Shown here piece after piece: positions 53,511-64,000 of a DNA stretch of 64,000 bases. The notes beneath the pieces are model-generated. The model saw nothing but the letters and a program-made list of their open reading frames with translations, did no database searches and was not told the origin of the DNA. Location of the stretch: contig NC_043005.1 of assembly GCF_006345805.1 (NCBI RefSeq), forward strand, positions 53,692,001-53,756,000. The letters run 5' to 3'. The position numbers were made by a program, and so were the translations under genes. Each line of letters begins with the position of its first letter. Within the stretch, counting starts at the first letter, position 1. The DNA comes from Octopus sinensis. Lineage: Eukaryota.

Positions 53511-53601
53511 GTGCATATGGCGTAGTGGTTAACACCACAGGCTACTAACCCCAAGATTCCAAGTTTGATTCCAGGCAGTGACCTGAATAATAATAATAAT
53601 A
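53511..53601 (+). mobile_element. tRNA-like Pol III promoter module plus (AAT)n, directly downstream of the GIY-YIG ORF
   Basis: A box TGGCGTAGTGG at 53518-53528, B-box-like AGTTTGATTCC at about 53562-53572, then (AAT)n. Confidence 0.65.
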
Positions 53602-53651
53602 AAATCGAAAAATGCCTTAGGAATGAGAACCCAGGTTCAAAATTTTCCCAA

Positions 53652-53697
53652 GATACCTAATGAAGGCTGGAGGGTATATCAGCCGAAACATTGTGTT
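53652..53697 (+). ncRNA. Degenerate minimal hammerhead ribozyme
   Basis: Stem I GATAC/GTGTT, core CTAATGA (G5A), stem II GGCTG/CAGCC, then GAA, ACAT (ACGT with CpG decay) and H17=U. Confidence 0.75.
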
Positions 53698-56178
53698 AAC
53701 AACAAACAATATGAAGACAAATATCCGTCAAATATAAATAATATAAATAATGTATATAATTCCTCATCTCTTTAAATATAGAACACGTTGTACTACACTT
53801 TAATAGTTTTCCTCTGAAGCAGCTGGAGATACGATAGTTTGACCAAAAGAACTAGCTATTGCAAGGAAAATAAAATATTCATTTCTAATCAAGGCACAAA
53901 GCCAGAAATTTTTAGGGGAGGGTGCTAGTCGATTAGATCGACCCCAGTATGCAACCAGTACTTAATTTATTGACCCTGAAAAGATGAAAGGCAAAGTCGA
54001 TCTCAGCGGAATTTGAACTCAGAATGTAAAGACAGATGAAATAACACCAAGCATTTTGCCCAGCGTGCTAACATTTCTGCCAGCTCACCGCCTTAAGAAA
54101 AATTAAATATTAAACAACAAATGCATTTGGTCAAACCTAGACATAAGACTGTTTAACATAACAGCAACAAATTCAAAACTGGTTCATTTAGAAATTTAAA
54201 CTTCAAAGCACTACATTATAAGAGAATTATTCTTGTTCTTATGATGTGCTTTCATCTTCCCTTATTGTACAATAATATCATGACAAAATAAATAACTGGG
54301 CTCTATAGGGTTAAGAATTAAATAAAATTAACCATCTATGATGGAGTATAATATAAAGATAAATTACATATATGTGTGTGTGTGTGAGTGTGCGCGTGTC
54401 TTTATTAATAGTGAAGGAGATTATATATGTTTGATCTAACTTTTTTGTTTCCATTTTGAATTTGTTATTAAAATAGAAGATACTTTTGAATATATCTCAA
54501 TTTAATTGTTTCCTTCTTAAAGTGAAGTGAAAATTTTAGTATAAGAAAAACGTGAAGGACCTTTTCTTTAAGAATGGCATTCAATGTTTATTGTTATATC
54601 AATTCCAAAACACTTATATATAATTTGCTATATTTTAGCTTAAACTTTGTTTTATTTATTTAATTTTTTTTTTCTGTAATATATATCATACTCTAATGAT
54701 GAAAGATAATAGCCTCTCAACTGTATTTAAAGATAAATCCTCAAATCCTATAAAATTACACCATATGAGAATGTTTCCCTACTTGTGATGTCAAGTGTAG
54801 ACACTGCAGTGTCTGATATGACTTGAAGAATCTCTTGTTATTCTAATTTGTCAAACTAGTAAAAGTTGGCAATTATCTCTGAGTTGTTGATAGTTGATTG
54901 TGCTTTCAGAATCATTTCAAATATAGATTGATGTAAGTTAGATTAGTGTGACTGTAATTCAGATTATAACATTTGGGAGTTACTTTGGTACTCAGGATAT
55001 TAGTAGGCAGTGATACAATCCAAAGATAGTTGATTGTAGATAAATTTCTCTGAGAAATGCAATTACGCGTACTGCATTGATCTTGTGTGAGAAGAAATTT
55101 ATGGGCTTTTCTGATCAGAGCTACTTCACAATGTTTGATGTAATGAGATTTATAATTGCTGATATGAGACAAAGATTAGCTGTGATAAATTAAAAGCAGA
55201 TTTGCAGAAGTCAATACCTAAATCTTTTATATATTGGTACTTCACTTAATGTATTTCAACTGCTATTTACTGCAAACTATTAGTTGCCAATATTAACTGT
55301 TCCCTTTCAATAGAATTTCTTGAAGCATATAATTTAGAAGATTATTCTGTTAAACAAACTCACTAACAAAACAACTCATTACTAGTGAGTTAATACTAAT
55401 GTCGGAGCTTCTTAACTTTCAGATGTAATAACGATATCTTCCAGTTTGTAAATTACAATCATGACTTTGTATTCTGATAGTTTAAGCATGTGAATTAAGA
55501 TAATTATTACATTCAATATTATCCTGGGGATGAAATTTAATTGGGTAACCACTGGCCAGTAGATTTCTCAGATCTTGAGCAGGTTTGTTCTGTTGTTCTA
55601 TTCAATCCTTAAATTAATCAATATTTATATATCTCACGTACGTATGTTTGCAGAGGTGGAACAAATCCACCTCTGACATTAATTTCAAGAACACAATAAC
55701 TGGGAGCTTAAGGTGCTAAACCGCTGGTTATATGATTATGAGTTCTAAACTCGTTAATAGTACACATCTCTGGTTGACATCAGAAATCAAATAACAAAAC
55801 AACTTTCCAGAGAAACTGGTATTGATTCTATACCAGAAGTTTTTTTGTAAAGTTTGCAGATTTCTATAAATTCATACGCTACAGAAAGACGAGCGCAGTA
55901 ATGATTCAAGAAAAGATGACTCATTTTTAAAGTTTATGATTGTATTGAGTGTTTGCAGTGTGTATCCCAGTTTTAGAATAGATGTACTGTATTGCTGCAT
56001 GTCATAAGAGACAACTAAAAAAGTTGGCACATGGGAGGGATTCGATCATAAAATTCTGCCTCAGAGAACCTGTTTAAACCATACCAGAATGGAAAAGCAG
56101 ATGTGAAACGTTGAAGATGATGATGGTGAGTGGTGATACTGAGCATACAGATTTCTGTGTATATAAAATCATATGATA

Positions 56179-56485
56179 GAGGTACAATGGCCCAGTGGTT
56201 AGGGCAGCGGACTCACGGTCGGAGGATCGCAGTTTCGATTCTCAGACCGGGTGTTGTGTGTGTTTATTGTGTGAAAACACCTAAAGCTCCACAAGGCTCC
56301 GGCAGGGGATGGTGGCAACCCCTGTTGTACTCTGTCACCCCAACTTTCTCTCACTCTTTCTTCCTGTTTCTTGAGTAACGCTGCGATGGATTGGCGTCCC
56401 GTCCAGCTGGGGGGAACACATACGCCATAGAAACTGGGAAATCAAGCTCATGAGCCTGGCTAGGCTTGAAAAGGGCGCATAAATA
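56179..56485 (+). mobile_element. Third tRNA-headed SINE family, tail type B
   Basis: Head and body are shared with 19447-19735. The tail contains CTGCGATGGATTGGCGTCCCGTCCAG. Confidence 0.8.
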
Positions 56486-57390
56486 AAAAAAATTAAAAAA
56501 TCATATGCTCAGTACTAAAGTAAACATTTAAAAAATGTTCCCCCTTCTTCTTTCTGTTACTCTTCTTCCCTCTCTCTCTCTCTCCCTCTATCTCTCTTTC
56601 TTTGATGAAGAACTTCACTCAAAATGTCGATGCTCATGTCACCCCATGGCATACAAACTGAACTTAACATTTGATATGTAAAAGTTTCTTTTCCCTGCAT
56701 TACAATCACAGAGTGAGAAATTGGTCATAAACTTAGGGTTGCAAGCATTCTGACCATGAGAAATTTTGGTACCCTTACAAAAGGATTAACAGCAAAGTCA
56801 ACCTCAGTGGAATTTGAATTTACTACATAAAGATGGACAAAATGCCACTAAGTGTTTTGCTCAGCATGCCAATGATTCTACCAGTTCACCGCCTTCAGGT
56901 ACAGTAAAATATTGCTATTACTATGTGAAAGAAATAAGCTTCAAAGATACTTTCAAGAGTAAGCTAGTAACCACTGGATTGATTTATTTTTGGTTCTATA
57001 GAAACTATAATGGTGGTCAGCAGAGGAGTACTAATTTGATGAAGATGGTTGTAAAGGGAAGTAAGCTGCTTGTAAGCTATATATTTCCACCTAGGTGAAC
57101 TGAGCCAATAGAAAGAAAGTGACTAAGGCATAAATATAGAATGATGAGACATGGACAGATGACATTCTATTTATTCAGTCAGTTCCAGTATAATTATCTT
57201 TCATTGTCCAAGGAAATACTTAATGAGGAAGGGATGTTTAAAAGGAGTGAAACCCTTTTAAATGATTATCTTCCAGGTAGTTTTTCATTAAAGCCATTTT
57301 AACTGTTCAAGCATTATTTTTTACAGTTAGAGATGACACTTTATCAAAGTGCGGAGACATATTTTTCTAATGAACATCACAGTATAGTAG

Positions 57391-57860
57391 GTTGATGAGC
57401 TGGAAAAATCGTTAGCATGCTGGGCAAAATGCTTAGCAGTATTTGGCTGCCGTTACATTCAGAGTTCAAATTCCACTAAGGTCGACTTTGCCTTTCATCC
57501 TTTCAGGGTCGATTAAATAAGTATCTATTTCTGTACTACCCACAAGGGGCTAAACACAGAGAAGACAAACAAGGACAGACAAAGTCGATTATATCGACCC
57601 CAGTGTTTCACTGGTACTTAATTTATCGACCCCAAAAGGATGAAAAGCAAAGTCGACCTTGGTGGAATTTGAACTCACAACGTAGCGGCAGATGAAATAC
57701 CGCTAAGCATTTTGCCCCGTGTGCTAACGATTCTGCCAGCTCGCTGCCTTAAATAAGTACCAGTTACACACTGGGGTTGATGTAATCGACTTAATCCCTT
57801 TGTCAGTCCTTGTTGTCCCCTCTATGTTTAGCCCCCTGTGGACAATAATGAAATAAATAT
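57391..57860. mobile_element. Meta/MESC-like SINE nested antisense inside a copy of itself
   Basis: 11-bp TSD TTAAATAAGTA at 57513-57523 and 57749-57759. Confidence 0.85.
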
Positions 57861-59114
57861 ACTAAGAGTAGCTTCTAACTTGATGTAGGTTCAAATTCTC
57901 ACAAAATCAATACAATTTGCATTGTTATTCTAGTTTCTATTTAACCCCAGGTCAGAAATACTTGAGCAGGTCTGTAATCAAAGTCATTTCTAGCAATGAT
58001 CACTTGATCTTTTTCCTTGGATTTTTGCTTCACTAAAATAATAGGTTGAAGAAAAGCTTTGCTGCTATGACACTGGGGAACTCATGAACATCACAATATC
58101 CTGTTCATTCCCAAAGTTTATTGAAAGTTCATGCCTAAACGAAAGAAATCAATATATTTCTCCAATAAACGAAGATCCAATATTTTTTCATTGTCTTGAC
58201 CATATAAGGAAATTTGAATTTTTTTTATGACTTATGACTAACATTTCCTATTATGAAAACAAAGAAAATAATGAATGTCTTGAAAAAGTACTTAGTAATT
58301 GAAAACGAATATGTCAGTTGTAAGTGTGCATTTTTTGATTAAATTGTATATGCAAATACTTAATTATATGTATTTAGGACCAAACAGAGGAAATTATATA
58401 ATAATATAACAAAAATATCAATTTTTTTTCAGACAATATCAATTTTTTTTGTCTGAAAAATTAATACTGTCTACACCAAAGAATATTGAATTTGATTTTC
58501 AATAATTGAATTTATTAAATACTAAATGAAAAGTAGAATATATTAATAATTTTGTTTTCTTTTTTTTTAAAAAAAAACTGTATTTAACTTTATTATTATT
58601 TTTGTCTGTTGCTAGGTTTTCATTGTTATAAATTTACATTAGTTTGATGTGAAATAGTGAAATAGTTCACTTGTTTTTTTAATGTTTTTAATTTAATAGC
58701 TTTAACTGTTTTGACATTTGTGAATGTCTTGATTTAGTTTTTTTTACAAATAAAACATCTTGTAAAAATAAGAACAATATTTTTTTTTTATAAAAAACAA
58801 TATTTGCATTTGCAGATCATATTCACACAAATTCACCTTTATCGTTCATAATAAACAAAGTGCATCTCTCTCTCTCTCTACAAAACAATAAGAGAGCTTC
58901 TGTATATATAATTACTCAACCTGCTAGAAATAGCAGCTAAATCTTCTTCAATTTGCAATCTACTATCCTAAGAAGAAAAAGAAAACATTGGCTAGTGTAG
59001 ACCTATATTTACAAACAGATCAGTTAATTATAATTTGAACTTAAACATGTATTATAATTTGAACTTAAACATGTATCTGAAATTAAACAAGAACAACACT
59101 CATATATATATATA

Positions 59115-59816
59115 TCATCATCATCATCATCATCATTTAGCGTCCGTTTTCCATGCTAGCATGGGTTGGACGGTTCAACTGGGGTCTGGGGAGCCCGAAG
59201 GCTGCACCAGGCCAGTCAGATCTGGCAGTGTTTCTACAGCTGGATGCCCTTCCTAACGCCAACCACTCCGAGAGTGTAGTGGGTGATTTTATGTGCCACC
59301 GACACAGGTGCCAGACGAGGCTGGCGAACGGCCACGCTCGGATGGTGTTTTTATGTGCCACCGACACAGGTGCCAGACGAGGCTGGCAGACGGCCACGCT
59401 CGGATGGTGTTTTTATGTGCCACCGACACAGGTGCCAGATGAGGCTGGCAGGTGCCAGACGAGGCTGGCAGACGGCCACGCTCGGATGGTGTTTTTATGT
59501 GCCACCGACACAGGTGCCAGATGAGGCTGGCGGACGGCCACGATCGGATGGTGTTTGTTACGTCCCCAAAGCACGGAGGCCAGTCTATGCGGTACTGGCT
59601 ACGGCCACGTTCGGATGATTTTCTTGTGTGCCACCGGCACTGGTACCACAAAGATACAAATTCCATTTATGCTCATCTATTTTGATTTGTTTTGATTTGA
59701 TTTGATTTTCACTTGCCTCAACAGGTCTTCACAAGTGTCACTTGCCTCAACAGTGACACTTGTGAAGACCTGTTGAGGCAAGTGAAAATCAAATCAAATC
59801 AAAACAAATCAAAATA
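59115..59816 (-). mobile_element. RTE 3' UTR fragment with expanded ~54-bp units, ending in a perfect 65-bp-arm palindrome
   Basis: Near-identical to 6560-7110. 59678-59742 is the exact reverse complement of 59752-59816. Confidence 0.88.
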
Positions 59817-60069
59817 TATATATATATATATATACTAACCTCGCCGTCGCCATCGTCATCATCATCATCATCACTGTTTTAATATTCACTTTTCCATGCT
59901 TGCATGAATTAGACTGAGTTCATTGAGGTTGGTTTTCTAAAGTGATCCCCTGATCCTGCTTATAGCTATTATGTTGTGGAATAGATCCCCTGTAAAGGCA
60001 TCGGAGTCTAGGTTTGAATTTTTTGAGCACTACTAAGTGTCTTGTCTTATGTACTTAGAATCATCTGTG

Positions 60070-60113
<44 letters not shown>

Positions 60114-60117
<4 letters not shown>

Positions 60118-60645
60118 AACTGTGTACAGTTGTGGAAATTAGCTGCCCAGTAGATGCTAACATAAATATGAAGATCAGTGAAAAAGAGAATAGCTATGCT
60201 GAACTACTGAGAAATCTGCAGTTACTCTATCCAGAGTACAAGTTCAGGTTTATACCTGCAATTATTGGTGCCGTGGGATATGTAACACACTGCCTAAATA
60301 TCAACCTTGAGACATTAGACTTTTCAAAACCAGAATGGAGAAAGCTAATTTGAAGATTACAGATCCAATCCATCACTGGAATTGTAAAAATATGTAAAAC
60401 TTTCCAGAAGTTTATCATTCAAATATATATGAGCAGGTCTAGATATGCCACTATATGCATTAAAATACATACATTAAAACAAAGCATATAAATCTGCATA
60501 TATACATACATACAAAAATATCCTGTTTGATGTTGTTGAAATTCTTATAAAAGAGCTGTGGATCAGGTTAGAAACCAGCTCTTTCTCTATTGGCAAGAAG
60601 TCTTGAAATAAAACTGAATAAACATACATACATACATACATGAAA
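60114..60645 (+). mobile_element. 5'-truncated LINE end with a restriction-like endonuclease (R2/R4/NeSL-like group)
   Basis: CTVVEISCPVDANINMKISEKENSYAELL...IPAIIGAVG matches the RLE catalytic D-(D/E)xP..K..K..Y region. Followed by AATAAA and (TACA)n, with (TA)n at the 5' junction. Confidence 0.72.
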
Positions 60646-61936
60646 TACAACATACATGCACATCTTTCACTGATGTATAATATCAAACTGTAATCAAAAA
60701 AAGAAAAACGCTTCTATTAGTGACACTCTTATCTCACTTTTACCATCAAACATGCAGCGAACCAGTGCTTGGTGCACTGGAAACCTGTAAAACCAGTGGT
60801 GCTGTTGTTTACAAATGTGATATAAATTAAATAAATAACAACTTTTTAAGACAGGAAGCAAACTAGACTCTGTGGAGCAATCAATCAATGTTTTTTTTCT
60901 GTATGTGTTTATGCAGATTAGATCTTTTTAAAGTGAAAGCATGTGTGTTTCCAGCTGAAACATGGGAATAACAGAATTGTCAGTTTAACAGCAGAGGGCT
61001 ACATCTTGCTTTGAATCTCCCCAAGCTTAGTCTGTATAAGTCAGATGTCCTTCAGGTTAGGCTGTACAGATTCTATTTAAAGATACTTTAAGTATGTTTA
61101 CAAATGAATATAAACCATTTCTGATGTCCTTCAGGAAATCTTTTAAAGGTTTGATATGAAAATACTTTGACATAGCGCGTTTGCATATTAAAATAGATTC
61201 ATGTTGATGTTGTTAAGTATTCTATAATCCCAGGTTGGTCCTGGTTCAGCAACATTCCAATCAAAAGAGTTCTAATCACGAACTTTTTATCATTTCCTTT
61301 CCGGTGTAGTTTATCAGATTAATATTATTTTGATAAAATTTTTTTCAGAAGATAAAGAATAAAGATATTTACATGAAGAGGTGCTAATCTCTAATTGTAG
61401 AGGGAATGCATAGAAGGGGTAGACCCTGGATGATGTGAGAGGAAGTGGTGAGAAAGGATCTTCTGACATTGGGCTTCACAGAGGGGGCGACAGGGTACTG
61501 AGACTCTTGGCTGTTTGCTGTGTTTGAGAAGATGCATGAAGTTAAGTAAAATCTTGGTTGTTTTTGCATACTGGCATGTCCTCTGCATCCATCTCCAGCT
61601 GAGCATTCCTTATCTTGTGGGCTCATCAGTGCTGGTGTCATGTAAAAAGCACCCTTGCCAGTGTTGCATAAGAGCACCAAGTACACTCTGTAGAGTGATT
61701 GACATTAGGAAGGGCATCCAGCCATAGAAACTATGTCAAAACAGACATGGAACATGGACAACTCTTCAGCAGGCTAGCTCCTGTCAAACCATCCACACAG
61801 ATAAAGGAGGATTAAGTACAAAGAGTTCCTTTCAAAAATATGGTACGTATATAAAGTTAATCACCACATCAAAGTGGCTGTTCCATGTTTCTACTAGTTT
61901 AACCTCAGGCAGTATACATGTATACATACATATATA

Positions 61937-62082
61937 GTTTTGTCTCTCCCTGTTTATTTCTGTGTTCCTTTCTGTTGAAGAGCATAGGCTCGAAATGTAA
62001 AATACTTTCTCACTTCCTGAGCGTTAAACTAATACACCTGTTTGGTGTTTATAAAGCCATCTTCGTCTTTTGTTTTTTGGTA
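61937..62082 (+). mobile_element. Penelope pLTR-like remnant containing a hammerhead-like fold (61969-62002) with U at core position 6
   Basis: TTT CTGTTGA A GAGC atag GCTC GAA ATGT A AAA. Homologous to 63410-63600 in the opposite orientation and flanked by TA repeats. Confidence 0.65.
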
Positions 62083-62172
62083 AATTATCACTATATATAT
62101 ACATATATATATACATAGATCTATATCTATATATATCTAATCTATCTATCTATCTATTTAAAAAAAAAAATA

Positions 62173-62225
<53 letters not shown>

Positions 62226-63348
62226 ATGAATAAATATATGCATACATACATACATATACATGCATACATACATACATACATACATATACATACATACATA
62301 TACATACATACATATACATACATACATATATATATATACATACACACACAACAGGCTACTCCACTTCTCACTCACAAAGCATTAAGTCATCCACCTAGGA
62401 CTATAGAAGAAAACACATACCTGAGGTGACTCTCAGTGGAAATGAACCTGAATGCCTATGATTGCAAAATGAACTTCTTAAACACACTCTCATGTCCAAA
62501 TGAAGAAATGATGTTTATTTCTTCTGAGTTAACTGGAAAACATTTAGTTCCATTAGTAAATTTCAAAAACTTTAATAATTTGAGAATATTTTTTTCATAG
62601 TTATTTTTAAATCTATATTTCAAAGACTATTTTATTTAATCTTTAGAGATTGCTGCAATGTCTTTTAAATTCCTTTTGACATGAACTGCCTTTACTATTT
62701 TCTAAATTTATACTATCATGCAAAGTGCCTATTTGGAAACTGAATTCCCCCAATTCTTTCTTCCATTTGTAAGATTTTAGCACATTTAAATTGATATCTT
62801 TGAACATTTTTATATTTTTTCTCACTTGTTAATTTTTTTTTGTTCTTTATCCTTTTCTGTTTTTCCTTTGGCCTATTCATACTGACCATTCTTACAGACA
62901 CTGAAGGCATAGCAATATTTAACATCAGACATTCCTGAAAACCTGAATAATGCTCTAATTAGTGCAAGAGCTCGCATTAGTTCATGCCATCATTTTTACA
63001 TTCATCATTCATCAAATTTCTATAATATAACTATTTTTGGAAAATTCCTAAATTGTGGGCAAATATAATTAGGCACATCTTTAAACTTTAAGAACAGTAA
63101 TGATAAAGCACAGGGTTTTTTGCACTAAAACTCACTAACGAAACTCATTTCTAATAAACAGAGAGATTAATTTGCAAATTTATTAATACTAAACTACCTG
63201 GCTGAAATTCTATACATATCATATGCAGAACTACACAATTATATTTGAACATAATGTTATTTAATCACATAGAATATATAGACAAAAAAAATTATAAATG
63301 TAAGCTATAAATAGATAAATACATACAGAAAATAAAAATAAGTGTGTA

Positions 63349-63409
<61 letters not shown>

Positions 63410-63411
<2 letters not shown>

Positions 63412-63720
63412 GGAGAATTCACGAAAAAAACAAAAGATGAAGACAGGTGGTGTAGAAAATAAACAGATGTATTAGTATAACGCTCAGGAATAGAAAAAGT
63501 CTTTTACGTTTTGAGCCTACACTCTTCCACAGAAAGGAACACAGAAAGAAACAAGGAGAGAAAAAATGTGTGTAGTGGTGATTGCCAGACAGAAGGGTCA
63601 CACAGGAGAGCGAAGAAGTAGGGGAGATAACAAAGTAAAAGTGATCCCAAAACGAAGGTGCGCATGTGTGTAAGAAAGTACATATGCGCGTGTGAAAGAG
63701 GGCTGGTGTACATACACACT
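63410..63720 (-). mobile_element. Same pLTR-like family, with a hammerhead-like fold at 63501-63536. A direct repeat restarts at about 63932 and runs off the window.
   Basis: Minus strand reads CTTT CTGTGGA A GAGT gtag GCTC AAA ACGT A AAAG (G12A). 63932-64000 repeats the start of 63410-63478. Confidence 0.65.
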
Positions 63721-63865
63721 TTATTTGTGCATTAAGGCTACCATTGATTTCAGGTTAAAGAAATATCTTAAAACACTAATAAAGAATTTTTACCCATGCA
63801 GTATTGATTACTTATTTTCATTGTTTGATATTTCCATACACACACACACACACATGCACATATGA

Positions 63866-63921
<56 letters not shown>

Positions 63922-64000
63922 TATATATATATGGGGAGAATTCACGAAAAAAACAAAAGATGAAGACAGGTGGTGTAGAAAATAAACAGATGTATTAGTA

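Noticed and set aside
56179-56255. tRNA genes at SINE heads, also at 19660-19735 and 53511-53583
   Set aside because: No complete cloverleaf could be built, and each continues into a repeat body.

Overview
AT-rich eukaryotic DNA, very dense in microsatellites and repeats. The SINE and LINE content resembles octopus repeats as I recall them, so the taxon is an inference. No long intact ORF is present, and most ORF-track entries are microsatellite read-throughs or transposon relics. Supported content: many tRNA-headed SINEs (a CORE-like family, a Meta/MESC-like family and a third family), decayed RTE LINEs, an RLE-type LINE end, mariner and maT transposase relics, several MITEs, a Penelope-like GIY-YIG fragment and a full-length U6 snRNA retrocopy. 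There is also a low-confidence chain of phase-compatible plus-strand exons. Two results stand out. (1) At least four, possibly five, unrelated repeat families carry minimal type-I hammerhead-ribozyme folds with a palindromic stem III. One has a compensatory G3:C8 core swap (41387-41437), one family has U at core position 6, and two loci are divergent inverted pairs. (2) A U6-SINE chimera is bracketed by one shared 14-bp target-site duplication (12988-13398). All folds were parsed by eye, and no search or folding program was run.
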